In this document: positions 39,117 through 48,407 of the stretch, one piece after another
Position numbering within the stretch: position 1 is the stretch's first letter
How the letters are laid out: every line of letters begins with the position of its first letter
Source: an uncultured delta proteobacterium
GTDB taxonomy: Bacteria > Myxococcota_A > Polyangia > Polyangiales > Houyiibacteriaceae
Reading direction: 5' to 3'
Assembly: GCA_963792825.1 (NCBI GenBank)
Contig: CAWBXS010000001.1
Span: 47,436 to 111,435 of the forward strand
Length of the DNA stretch: 64,000 nt
Position numbers and translations under genes: made by a program
Notes under the pieces: model-generated
What the model was told of the DNA's origin: nothing
The model's input: only the letters and a program-made list of their open reading frames with translations
Databases searched by the model: none

Positions 39117-39986
39117 ATGAGGCGAATCGTGCAGGGTGACAATCTGGATGTCCTCGAGGCGCTCCCGCGCGAGTTTGCACGGTTGATCTACATCGATCCG
39201 CCCTTCAACACGGGACGCAAGCAGTCGCGAGCTCGAATGAATGTGCGCGCCGCTGCTGACGGCGAGCGCAAGGGCTTCGGTGAGCGGCGCTTCGACGTCG
39301 AGCGGCTCGACAGTCCCGTCTACGAAGACCACTTCGACCAGTATCTTCCCTTCCTGATGAGTCGAATCGAAGCGGCGCTTCCGTGTCTGACCGCCGACGG
39401 GTCGCTTTTCGTCCACCTCGACTACAGGGAGGTGCACTACGTGAAGGTCGCGCTCGACGGCCTGTTGGGACGGGATCGCTTTCGCAACGAGATCATCTGG
39501 GCGTACGACTTCGGGGGGAGGCCGAAGCGGTGGTGGCCGGCCAAGCACGACACGCTGCTCTGGTACGTTCTCGATCCCAAGCGCTACGTCTTTCGATTCG
39601 AAGAGATGGATCGCATCCCCTACATGGCTCCCGGGCTCGTCGGAAAGGAGAAGGCTGCCCGTGGCAAGACTCCGACCGACGTCTGGTGGCACACCATCGT
39701 TCCCACGAACAGCAGAGAAAAGACCGGCTACCCGACGCAGAAACCGCTCGGCATCCTCGAGCGCATCATCAACGTTCACACGGACCCGGGTGACACCGTG
39801 CTCGACTTCTTTGCGGGCAGCGGGACGACGGGGGAGGCCGCTGCACGCCTTGGACGAGGCTTCGTTCTCATCGACCAGCATCCCGATGCGATCGCGACCA
39901 TGCGTACGCGGCTCGCCGAATGGGAGCCCGAAGTCGAGGCCTCGGAGAACGGTCAGCGGGGCACGAGCTCGACCTCGAACACGTGA
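39117..39986 (+). CDS. Solitary beta-class amino-DNA methyltransferase (N6A/N4C)
   Basis: Start MRRIVQGDNLDVL at 39117; IYIDPPFNTG, FRNEIIW, YPTQKP and DFFAGSGTT (motif IV before motif I). Confidence 0.92.
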   Translation: MRRIVQGDNLDVLEALPREFARLIYIDPPFNTGRKQSRARMNVRAAADGERKGFGERRFDVERLDSPVYEDHFDQYLPFLMSRIEAALPCLTADGSLFVHLDYREVHYVKVALDGLLGRDRFRNEIIWAYDFGGRPKRWWPAKHDTLLWYVLDPKRYVFRFEEMDRIPYMAPGLVGKEKAARGKTPTDVWWHTIVPTNSREKTGYPTQKPLGILERIINVHTDPGDTVLDFFAGSGTTGEAAARLGRGFVLIDQHPDAIATMRTRLAEWEPEVEASENGQRGTSSTSNT

Positions 39987-40852
39987 GGCCAGAGCTTTCC
40001 CGTCAGAAGAAAAGTCTTGGACTGTGGTCTATATGCGATGCCGTTGAGGACGTCTGACCGCATTCTGTCGGCGCGCGACAGCAAGCCGCTTGCGTCGATG
40101 ATCGCGGTGACACGCCCCGTCGTCGCGTCGATGCGCAGGATCTCGTCGCTCTGCCAGACGTTCGCATAGACGTCCGAGCCAACGCACTCGAGCTCGTTGA
40201 GCTTTCGGACGGGTCGCCCGCCATTCAAGACGCTGACCTCGCTCAGGAGCTCCATCGACTCCGGATCGCGAAAGTCGAGGATCGACGAACCGTCGCTCAT
40301 CACCAGGGCAGTGCCGTCGTAACAGAGTCCCCAACCCTCGCCGGGATACCGAAGCGTCTTCTTCCGCTCGAGCGTGGCAAAATCGGACACGATCGCCAAG
40401 CCAGAACGCCACGTGAGCTGAATCAAACGGTCACCGACGCGCGCCAGCCCTTCGCCGAAGAGATTCGGTTCGAGCTTGCGCTCCGTCAGCACACGGCCGT
40501 CCTCGAGTCGGACCCTGCGGAGCGAAGAGTGTCCGTATTGGCCGGTGCTCTCGTACAAGACGCCGTCATCCCAGATCAGCCCCTGGGTGAATGCGTCGGT
40601 CGCATGCGGGTAGGTGCGGATCACCCGCACCCGCAGCCGTTCGATCGCCGGCTGGGGAACGGTGCCCGGAGCTTCCGCCGGGCTGATGTCGACCGATGTG
40701 ACGGTCTCCTCGACGGGCTTCAGGAATCGTAGAGTCAGGGCGAAGCCCGCAGCGAGAAGAGCGCCTATGAAAAGACCCAGCCACAGCGCACGCGCCGACC
40801 GTTGCTCGGTGCGCCTGTCCGTTTTCGTCTGGCGTCGTCGAACCCCTGCCAT
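39953..40852 (-). CDS. Glutaminyl-peptide cyclotransferase (bacterial beta-propeller type), membrane-anchored
   Basis: HATDAFTQGL, YESTGQYG, FGEG, QLTW, GEGWGL, MSDGS, LNELE, ANVW, VLNGIA and TGKLWP. N-terminal TM helix. Confidence 0.93.
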   Translation of the reverse strand: MAGVRRRQTKTDRRTEQRSARALWLGLFIGALLAAGFALTLRFLKPVEETVTSVDISPAEAPGTVPQPAIERLRVRVIRTYPHATDAFTQGLIWDDGVLYESTGQYGHSSLRRVRLEDGRVLTERKLEPNLFGEGLARVGDRLIQLTWRSGLAIVSDFATLERKKTLRYPGEGWGLCYDGTALVMSDGSSILDFRDPESMELLSEVSVLNGGRPVRKLNELECVGSDVYANVWQSDEILRIDATTGRVTAIIDASGLLSRADRMRSDVLNGIAYRPQSKTFLLTGKLWPHVFEVELVPR

Positions 40853-40928
40853 CCAGAAAGGAGCCTAGCCGTCGGGCTCCGGGACGCCAATGCTTGACGC
40901 CGGCGGTGGCACCCAGTAGCTCCAAGCC

Positions 40929-42083
40929 GTGCGACCCGATTTTCCGAGGCCTTTCAGACCCCGAGCGACGACCGTCGACGAGTCTTTGCGGGCAACTCGT
41001 GCAGAGGTATCGCTCGACGCAATCGCGCACAACCTCGGAGTCGTCCGGCGCGCGGCAAACGGGCGCAAGGTACTGGCGGTCGTCAAAGCCGATGCATACG
41101 GGCACGGCGTCGTTCCCGTCGCTCAGCGCTTGCAGGCGGAGGGTGTCGATGGGTTCGGCGTCGCGCTTGCGGAAGAGGGGCTCGAGCTTCGCGAGGCCGG
41201 CATCGACCGAGCGATTCTCGTCCTGAACGGCATCAGCGGAGGCGCCCACAGGGACATCATCGCCTCCGGGCTCACGCCGGTGTTGTACGAAATCTCGGAA
41301 GCAAGCGAGTTCGATGCGGTCTCGGGGGGCCGGCCGATCGACGTGCACTTGAAGATCGACACCGGAATGGGACGCCTCGGGGTGCCGCTCTACGAGGTCA
41401 GCAACTTTCTCCGGGACCTTCGGCGATTTCCTTCGATTCGCATCGTGGGCCTGATGACTCACCTCTCGACCGCCGATTCGGACCCTGATTACGTGGCAGA
41501 ACAGGTCGCCGCGTTTTCCCAAGCCCATGGCCTCGTCCGCAGGTTTGGTCATGAGCCCGTCGTGTTGCACGCTGCGAACAGCGCGGCGCTGTTCCGACAC
41601 CCAGAGGTCCATTTCGATTGGGTACGTCCGGGACTTGCGCTCTACGGTTATCCTGGTTCGGACACGATCGACGCTCCACTTCGTCCTGCCATGCGCTGGC
41701 GCACCGAGATACTCAGGCTCCGAACCCTCCGCGCTGGCGAGTCTGCTGGCTACGGGCGCTCGTTTCGTGCCACGTCGGAAACCCGCCTCGCGACGATTCC
41801 AGTCGGGTACGGCGACGGCTTGTTACGTTCCGCATCCAATCGAGGGCACGTGCTCATCCATGGTATTCGCTGTCCGATTCTGGGGAACATCGCGATGGAC
41901 CTCACTACCGTCGACGTTTCCAAAGTTGCAGACGTCGGGATCGGCGATGAAGCGCTCTTGCTCGGAGAGCAGGACGGGGCCGTTCTCGATGCACGCGACT
42001 TGGCGACCGCAGCAGGAACGATTCCCTACGAGGTGCTGACCAACGTGTCGCGGCGCGTCCCCCGCATCTATCTGAATGAGTGA
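40929..42083 (+). CDS. alr: Alanine racemase
   Basis: AVVKADAYGHG (PLP lysine), KIDTGMGRLG, MTHLS, AANSAA, RPGLALYG, GYGDG and TIPYEVL. Confidence 0.96.
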   Translation: MRPDFPRPFRPRATTVDESLRATRAEVSLDAIAHNLGVVRRAANGRKVLAVVKADAYGHGVVPVAQRLQAEGVDGFGVALAEEGLELREAGIDRAILVLNGISGGAHRDIIASGLTPVLYEISEASEFDAVSGGRPIDVHLKIDTGMGRLGVPLYEVSNFLRDLRRFPSIRIVGLMTHLSTADSDPDYVAEQVAAFSQAHGLVRRFGHEPVVLHAANSAALFRHPEVHFDWVRPGLALYGYPGSDTIDAPLRPAMRWRTEILRLRTLRAGESAGYGRSFRATSETRLATIPVGYGDGLLRSASNRGHVLIHGIRCPILGNIAMDLTTVDVSKVADVGIGDEALLLGEQDGAVLDARDLATAAGTIPYEVLTNVSRRVPRIYLNE

Positions 42084-42115
42084 CGTGTTCGAGCTGAATC
42101 GTGCTATGAATCCTC

Positions 42116-42964
42116 GTGCCTGACGCCGCGCCGAGCGCACCCGAGACCCCCGACAAGACGTCGAAGCTTCGGGCAGTCGGTCGAGATGGGGCCGACTGGC
42201 TCGTCAAAGCTCTCTTGTCGCCGTTCGTCGAAATCAGCGCCCTCTCCAAGCTCCTCTGGGAGGCCGTGTTCTGGGGTATTCGACCGCCCTATCGCGGTTG
42301 GCTGTTTGTCGAGGCCATGGAGTTCGTCGGCATCGGATCGATCTTCCTCGTCTCGCTGACGGCGCTCTTCGTCGGAGCTGTGCTTGCGCTACAACTCGTC
42401 GATGGCTTTCGGGACTTCGGTGCCGAAAATCAGACGGGTGCCGTCATCGGGCTTGCGTTGGCTCGGGAGGTCGGACCGGTGTTTGCGGCGCTGATGGTTA
42501 CCAGCCGTGCCGGGAGCGCGATGACGACGGAGCTCGGTTCGATGCGCGTCTCGAATCAGATCGATGCGTTGGTCACGATGGCGGTCAACCCGGTACAGTA
42601 TTTGGTCGTGCCGAGGTTGGTGGCCGGCTTCGTCATGGTGCCGGTGCTGACGACGCTCTTCAACATCGTCGGGGTGTTCGGGGCCTTCTGTGTGGCCGTT
42701 TACCTTCTCGGTCTCGATCCTGGTGTGTTCATGGACCGCCTCAAGTGGCTCGTCGATTGGGACGACGTCTCGCAGGGTCTCATCAAAGGCATGGTGTTCG
42801 GAGTTGCGGTCACTTTGATCGCATGCCGGCAGGGTTTGTATGCGAAGGGGGGTGCGGCTGGAGTAGGGCGTGCGACCAACCGTGCCGTCGTGCAAAGCGC
42901 AATCGCCATACTCATGCTCGATTATCTCGTGACGAGCCTCGTCTTGGGCCAGGGTTTCTTTTGA
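42116..42964 (+). CDS. mlaE: MlaE-family ABC transporter permease
   Basis: GAVLALQ, AREVGPVFAALMVTSRAGSAMTTELGSMRVSNQIDAL and GVGRATNRAVV. Confidence 0.94.
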   Translation: MPDAAPSAPETPDKTSKLRAVGRDGADWLVKALLSPFVEISALSKLLWEAVFWGIRPPYRGWLFVEAMEFVGIGSIFLVSLTALFVGAVLALQLVDGFRDFGAENQTGAVIGLALAREVGPVFAALMVTSRAGSAMTTELGSMRVSNQIDALVTMAVNPVQYLVVPRLVAGFVMVPVLTTLFNIVGVFGAFCVAVYLLGLDPGVFMDRLKWLVDWDDVSQGLIKGMVFGVAVTLIACRQGLYAKGGAAGVGRATNRAVVQSAIAILMLDYLVTSLVLGQGFF

Positions 42965-43776
42965 TGAAATTCTCTTGGCGCGATGTCATGGGGCGAACAC
43001 CGCCTTCTTTGCCCCCGCACGCGAAGGAGGACCCCATTCACGTACGGATCCGCGACTTGCACAAGAGCTATGGCAATCTCCACGTATTGCAAGGCGTTTC
43101 GCTCGATGTCTACCGCGGCAAGACGAACTTGATCATCGGTCCATCGGGGTCCGGCAAGACGGTATTGATGCGCCAGCTGATCCGTCTCGAAAAACCCGAC
43201 TCAGGTCAGCTCCTCGTCAATGGCATCGACTTCGCTCGACTCGAAGGCCTCGCGCTCGCGGCCCTCAGGCGCACGTTCGGCATGGTGTTTCAGATGTCGG
43301 CATTGTTCGACTCGATGACGGTTTTCGACAATGTTGCGTTTCCACTGCGGGAGCACACCAGTCTCTCGCGAAAAGAGGTGAGCGAACGCGTGATGGACCG
43401 TTTGGCTGCGCTCGGGATCGCGGCGGCTGCGCAAAAGCTTCCTGCCGAGCTCTCGGGTGGAATGCAGAAGCGCGTTGCCGTCGCCCGGGCAATGATTCTG
43501 GAAAGCGAGATCCTGATCTACGACGAGCCCACGACGGGCCTAGACCCCATCACGACCGAGATGGTCGATGACTTGATCGTGGAAGCGCAGGAGCTGTTTG
43601 GTGTGACGTCGATCGTGATCAGTCACGACATGGCTTCAGTCGTGCGCATCGCCGACCGTCTGAGCTTTCTGCACGAGGGGAAGATCGTAGAAACGGGGAC
43701 GCTCGAGGACTTGTTGCACAGCGACGATCCGGCGACGGCGGAGTTCATGAAGGCCTCCAGGGTCACCTTCGAATAG
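42964..43776 (+). CDS. mlaF: MlaF/Mkl-family ABC transporter ATP-binding protein
   Basis: Start MKFSWRDV at 42964; GPSGSGKT, FQMSALFDSMTV, LSGGMQKRV, YDEPTTGLDP and SHD. Confidence 0.93.
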   Translation: MKFSWRDVMGRTPPSLPPHAKEDPIHVRIRDLHKSYGNLHVLQGVSLDVYRGKTNLIIGPSGSGKTVLMRQLIRLEKPDSGQLLVNGIDFARLEGLALAALRRTFGMVFQMSALFDSMTVFDNVAFPLREHTSLSRKEVSERVMDRLAALGIAAAAQKLPAELSGGMQKRVAVARAMILESEILIYDEPTTGLDPITTEMVDDLIVEAQELFGVTSIVISHDMASVVRIADRLSFLHEGKIVETGTLEDLLHSDDPATAEFMKASRVTFE

Positions 43777-43798
43777 CCGAGCATTTGGTGGGCCGCCG

Positions 43799-44011
43799 AT
43801 GACCGATGTGCTTCCGCTACACGTCCTTGGTGCTCATCAGGAAGCCCTCGACCGGGGCGAGGAGGGCTACTTGGACCCCGATACCGGGCTCTTCGTGATG
43901 ACGGCCGACACCCTTCGGGCGCGCGGAGCGTGTTGCGGCTCTGGATGTCGCCACTGCCCATACTCCGCTGATGAGCAGCGGGCGGCCGGTCGGCCTTCGA
44001 CCCGGCGTTGA
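43799..44011 (+). CDS. Small Cys-rich protein (DUF5522-like)
   Basis: 70 aa with YLDPDTGLFVMT...RGACCGSGCRHCPY, the motif I associate with DUF5522. Confidence 0.72.
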   Translation: MTDVLPLHVLGAHQEALDRGEEGYLDPDTGLFVMTADTLRARGACCGSGCRHCPYSADEQRAAGRPSTRR

Positions 44012-44018
44012 ATCCTCT

Positions 44019-44885
44019 TCAGGCGTAGTTGCGCACAACGACTTCGCTCACGTTGCCGCGCTTCTTCGCGTCGCAGTTGATCGCGCGCGGGGCGGCTACG
44101 GTATCGATGTGATAGCGTGCGTAGAGCTCTCGGATGAAGTGGAGGTCGCTATTCGAAAGCATGAGCTTGCAGCCGCGACGATCCAGCGCCCGAAAGACGT
44201 CATGAAGACGAACCTGGTCTTGCCGGGTGAAGCCGCCGCGCGCGTACGAAGTGAAGCTTGCCGTTTGGGAGACGGGCTCGTACGGAGGATCGAAGTAGAC
44301 GAAGTCGCCTGGCTTGACGCTTTCGAGTAGCGCTTCGAAGGGCGCGCACTGAAGCTGGGCGCCTTGGAGCGCTTCGCTGGCCGCGCATAAGACGTCTTCA
44401 TTCAAGATGCGTGGATTTTTGTAAGAACCGGCGGGCACGTTGAACTCGCCTTTTCGATTGACCCGATGCAAACCATTGAAGCAAGTCTTGTTCAGGTAGA
44501 TGAACATTGCCGCTCGGTTCGATGCGGACATGCGTTGGGCCTGATTGTAGCGTTGACGAACCTGGTAATAGCTCGTCTTGGAGTGACGCTCTGCAAGCGC
44601 TCGAAGCGCTTCGACGACGCGTTTGGCGTCGTCGCGAATCGCGAGGTACGTCGCGATCAGAGCGGGGTTGATATCGGTCAGGAGCGCTCGTTCCGGCCTG
44701 CGCGAAAAAAAGAGCGCGCCACCGCCGACGAATGGCTCGACGTGGCGCATGTGCTCGATCCCCCTCGGAAGCAGCGGTCGCAGTTGGCTGAGCAATCGGC
44801 CCTTGCCCCCGGCCCACTTCACGAAGGGGGCTGCCTCCCTCGGCTGTCGCTCCGTCCGAGTCGCAACCGCTACGGATGTCGTCAT
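44019..44885 (-). CDS. dam: Dam-family (D12 class) DNA adenine methyltransferase, solitary
   Basis: PFVKWAGGK, EPFVGGGA, YLNKTCFNGLHRVNRKGEFNVP, YFDPPY, LSNS and EVVVRNY. Confidence 0.92.
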   Translation of the reverse strand: MTTSVAVATRTERQPREAAPFVKWAGGKGRLLSQLRPLLPRGIEHMRHVEPFVGGGALFFSRRPERALLTDINPALIATYLAIRDDAKRVVEALRALAERHSKTSYYQVRQRYNQAQRMSASNRAAMFIYLNKTCFNGLHRVNRKGEFNVPAGSYKNPRILNEDVLCAASEALQGAQLQCAPFEALLESVKPGDFVYFDPPYEPVSQTASFTSYARGGFTRQDQVRLHDVFRALDRRGCKLMLSNSDLHFIRELYARYHIDTVAAPRAINCDAKKRGNVSEVVVRNYA

Positions 44886-44978
44886 GTGTAGTATGGTTGC
44901 CTACACAAGCGACAGAGTGGAAAAAAGCGGCGTGGGTGCTGAAAATTCTCCTTTGTTTTCGGCTAGCTCGGCCCGTGC

Positions 44979-46256
44979 TCATCGAGCGTCGGCCACCATG
45001 CTGCGAAGCCGGTCGAGGGCCTCCTCGAGCACTGTCATCGGAGGTCCGAATGAAAAGCGCATGTGTCGGACGAACCGTGAGGGCCGGCCGGTCCTGCGCT
45101 TGCCCGGGTTTACGTCGAAGAAGTGACCCGGCACGCAGATCACCTGCCGGAGAAGAGCCGCTCTGAAAAAATCATCGCTGTTTCGAAGCGAAGACGGCAG
45201 GCCGCTCAGGTCTCCCCAGGCGTAGAAAGTGCCCTCGGGCTCGAGGTCGAATCGTACGCCGATGTCCTTCAGCCCGCGGATCAAAAAGTCGCGCTTCTTC
45301 TCGAACTCGGTGTGGAGAGCCTCGGTCTCGGCAAGCGTCGGCTTCTCCTGCACCAAGTCGATCGCTGCGCGCTGGATGGGTGCAACCGCGCCGCCATCGA
45401 GGAACGACCCGGCGCTTGCGACCGACTCGATGACTTGCTTGGGACCTACAATCCAGCTCACGCGAAAGCCAGGGTATCGCCAGTTCTTCGTGAGCCCATC
45501 GAACACGATGATTGGATCCTGATCGACGTCCTCCACGTACTGTGCAGCGCTCACGATCGATTGATCACCGGTCCATACGTAATGAGAGTAGAATTCGTCG
45601 AGCAGGAGGGCGCAGTTCGCAGCACGCGCGGTGTCTACCCACCCTGCCAGCCCATCTCCTCGCACGAGTCTTCCGGTTGGATTGCAGGGATTGCTGGCCA
45701 AAATTGCGCTGAGACCGCGGCCGAGGATTTCCTCTTCGAGCGCTTCGCGCGTGAACTCGTAGCCTTGCTTCGGGTCGAGCAGGATCGGGATCGGCAAAAA
45801 TCGTCGAAAGACGTCGAGCAGCTCTTCGTACGCCGTGTAATCGGGGAGAAAGTGACCGAGATGAATTGGCGCGATGGCGGCGCACGCACGCATCACCGCG
45901 ACGCGGCCGCCGCCCGCGATGGCGACGTTCTCCGCGGTGTACTGCGACTTGATTCCACGTCGAAAGAGCTGGTTGTAGAGCCCGGCGACCGACTCGCGAA
46001 GCTCCCACACGCCGGGGACCGGAGCGTAATCGAGGTCCTCGGGATGCACGTCGATGTTGGTGACACGCGATGGCGCCCCGGGAAGCGGGGCGGTGTCCGG
46101 CTGTCCTTGTCCGAGATTGCACCAGCCTGGGGCATCAGGGTTGAAACCGCGCTTCTGCGCCTCGACCGTCACGTAAATGACTCCGGTACGCGGCACCGGC
46201 CGAAACGCGGCGGCCTCTGCGACGTCGTTGACTGGATCGGAGTCGGGACGGCTCAT
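44979..46256 (-). CDS. PLP-dependent aminotransferase class I/II
   Basis: Start MSRPDSDPVND at 46256; NLGQGQPD, SNPCNPTG, DEFY, DGLTKNWRYPGFRVSW (PLP lysine) and RFSFG. Confidence 0.9.
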   Translation of the reverse strand: MSRPDSDPVNDVAEAAAFRPVPRTGVIYVTVEAQKRGFNPDAPGWCNLGQGQPDTAPLPGAPSRVTNIDVHPEDLDYAPVPGVWELRESVAGLYNQLFRRGIKSQYTAENVAIAGGGRVAVMRACAAIAPIHLGHFLPDYTAYEELLDVFRRFLPIPILLDPKQGYEFTREALEEEILGRGLSAILASNPCNPTGRLVRGDGLAGWVDTARAANCALLLDEFYSHYVWTGDQSIVSAAQYVEDVDQDPIIVFDGLTKNWRYPGFRVSWIVGPKQVIESVASAGSFLDGGAVAPIQRAAIDLVQEKPTLAETEALHTEFEKKRDFLIRGLKDIGVRFDLEPEGTFYAWGDLSGLPSSLRNSDDFFRAALLRQVICVPGHFFDVNPGKRRTGRPSRFVRHMRFSFGPPMTVLEEALDRLRSMVADAR

Positions 46257-46305
46257 TGGCTGCAGCACTCTAGCAGAAGTCTCGAAATGCGATAGCCTGC
46301 AGACC

Positions 46306-47052
46306 ATGGACGTGTTGCGGATCGAAGAGCTCATGGTCGACTGCGTGGTCGGGGTGTACCCGCATGAGCGGAATGCCTCCCAGCCACTTCGCGTCGATAT
46401 CGAGATGCGGCTCGAAACCGAAAAGTCAGCGGTCAAGGAGAGCCTGCGATCCACGATAGACTACGCGGCTACGGCGTCGCAGATCGTGTTTCTCTTGCGT
46501 AGCTGCCGCTTCCGCCTTCTCGAAACCGCGGGGCACGTCCTGGCCCGATACATCCTCGCCCCTCCGGCGCCCGACGAGCGCCGCGCTCAGGTAGACTCGG
46601 TCGCGGTTCGTCTCAGCAAGCCCGGTGCGCTCCGGGGGTTTGCAATCCCTTCGCTCGAGATCGAGCGGAGCGCGTCGTGGTGCCGCTTCGATGTCGAACA
46701 GAAGCCTTTTGGGACGGTCGACGTGATCTACGAGACGAAGACCGCTGGCATCTATCGTCTCAACATCGCCCCGGGTAGAAGCATCCCGCTCCACGTGCAT
46801 CAGCAAATGCGCGAGTCCGAGATGGTGTTGGGCGACGGGCTGCTCTGCCAGGGGCAACTCTGCGCGCCGGGGACGGTTCATCGCTGGCCCAGGGGTGCCG
46901 CGCACACGTACCAGAACCCGACCGAACGACATCAGACGATCCTCTGCGTCGATTCGCCGCGCTTCATGCCGGCGGACGAAATCGAGGTCGTTGGAGAGCC
47001 AGCCGACGTGCCGGCAGAGCCTCCATGGGGCCCAATCGCAGGCTTGGGCTGA
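46306..47052 (+). CDS. folB: Dihydroneopterin aldolase (FolB) fused to a C-terminal cupin domain
   Basis: FolB motifs GVYPHER, QPLRVD, TIDY, LLET and KPGA, then a cupin with PLHVHQQMRESE...HTYQN. Confidence 0.85.
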   Translation: MDVLRIEELMVDCVVGVYPHERNASQPLRVDIEMRLETEKSAVKESLRSTIDYAATASQIVFLLRSCRFRLLETAGHVLARYILAPPAPDERRAQVDSVAVRLSKPGALRGFAIPSLEIERSASWCRFDVEQKPFGTVDVIYETKTAGIYRLNIAPGRSIPLHVHQQMRESEMVLGDGLLCQGQLCAPGTVHRWPRGAAHTYQNPTERHQTILCVDSPRFMPADEIEVVGEPADVPAEPPWGPIAGLG

Positions 47053-47053
47053 G

Positions 47054-47827
47054 ATGACCGTCTCGAAAGGCAGAGTGATCGTTACCGGGGCGACACGCGG
47101 GATCGGACGCGCGACCGCCGAAGCGATCCTCGCGCATGGGGGCAAGGTCGTCGGGATCGGCCGTGACGTGCAGGCGTTGACGACGCTCGAATCTGCCGCA
47201 CCGGATCGCGTACGTACGATTGCGGCCGACCTCGCCGACGTCGCTCGTGTTCCTCAGGTCGCAGAGCGTGCGATCGAGGCCTTTGGAGGGGTCGACGGGC
47301 TGGTGAACTGCGCGGGCATCGTCCGCTACGAGCCCGTCGGCGTCATCGACCTCGACTCGGTCGAACAGCAGCTTCGGGTCAATCTGATTGCGCCCATTCT
47401 GCTCTCCCAAGCGGTCGGGGAGCATCTTCGCGGCCGCGGAGGGTCCATCGTCAACGTTTCGAGCACGCTATCGGAGCGCGTTGCACCGAGCACGGCGGTG
47501 TACGCGGCAACCAAGGCTGCTCTCAACACGCTGACCAAGGCACTCGCGCTCGAGCTCGCGCCCGCGGGCGTGCGGGTCAACGCCGTGCTGCCGGGTGGGG
47601 TGGAGACCGACATGCTTCGAATCCCGCGCTTGCTTCCGGGCGAGACCCTCGGCCCGGCCGAGCTCGGCGAGCGAGCGCGGGCCCAATTGACCGCCATGGC
47701 GGCGCTGCACCCTCTGGGCCGCCTCGGGACACCTCAAGAAGTCGCAGCCGTCATCATCGCCGCGCTCGACCGGATCTGGCAGACGGGAAGCTTGATCACC
47801 ATCGATGGTGGCCTGTCGATTGCCTAG
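47054..47827 (+). CDS. Short-chain dehydrogenase/reductase
   Basis: Start MTVSKGRVIVTGATRGIG, 1 nt after the folB stop; NCAG, YAATK, RVNAVLPG and TGSLITIDGG. Confidence 0.9.
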   Translation: MTVSKGRVIVTGATRGIGRATAEAILAHGGKVVGIGRDVQALTTLESAAPDRVRTIAADLADVARVPQVAERAIEAFGGVDGLVNCAGIVRYEPVGVIDLDSVEQQLRVNLIAPILLSQAVGEHLRGRGGSIVNVSSTLSERVAPSTAVYAATKAALNTLTKALALELAPAGVRVNAVLPGGVETDMLRIPRLLPGETLGPAELGERARAQLTAMAALHPLGRLGTPQEVAAVIIAALDRIWQTGSLITIDGGLSIA

Positions 47828-47867
47828 GCTTGAAGGGACGGGTGTTTTCACACAGACTCCGCCCGAC

Positions 47868-48407
47868 GTGGCTCGCACCCAGAAGGTCGTTCTCGACGCG
47901 GACGCTATCCAGCGAAGCATTCGACGTATTGCCGTTGCGATTCTGGAGGCGACTTCGGGAGTCGCAGATCTGACTCTGATCGGGATCCGTCGAGGCGGCA
48001 TCGCACTTGCGAAACGCATTGCGGAAGAGATCGCGCAGGCTGAAGGCCGACCCCCTCCGGTAGGCAACGTCGACATCTCTTTGTATCGCGACGACGCTGC
48101 CACGGCGCTTCCCAATCCCAAGATTGGCCCAAGTGACATACCGTTCGACGTGAACGGCCGACACGTCGTTCTCATCGATGATGTCCTTCATACGGGGCGC
48201 ACCGTGCGCGCCGCGATTGAATGCCTCCAGGATCACGGACGCCCAGCCCGAGTATGGTTGGCGGCCCTTTGCGATCGGGGAGGGCGCGAGCTTCCCATCG
48301 CTCCCGATTTCGTCGGCCGCGTCATCGAGGTCGCCGAGGGCGGCAGACTCGACGTCTGGTTGGACGCAGCCGGCCCGGATCGAGTCGTGCTCACGGAGGA
48401 CCGCTGA
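47868..48407 (+). CDS. pyrR: Bifunctional pyrimidine regulator/uracil phosphoribosyltransferase PyrR
   Basis: [32 protein letters not shown] and [15 protein letters not shown]. Confidence 0.94.
   Translation: MARTQKVVLDADAIQRSIRRIAVAILEATSGVADLTLIGIRRGGIALAKRIAEEIAQAEGRPPPVGNVDISLYRDDAATALPNPKIGPSDIPFDVNGRHVVLIDDVLHTGRTVRAAIECLQDHGRPARVWLAALCDRGGRELPIAPDFVGRVIEVAEGGRLDVWLDAAGPDRVVLTEDR

Noticed and set aside
40894-40922. TTGACG-N17-TAGCTC as a leaderless alr promoter
   Set aside because: The -10 element lacks the conserved final T and the alr start is uncertain, so this is too weak to call.
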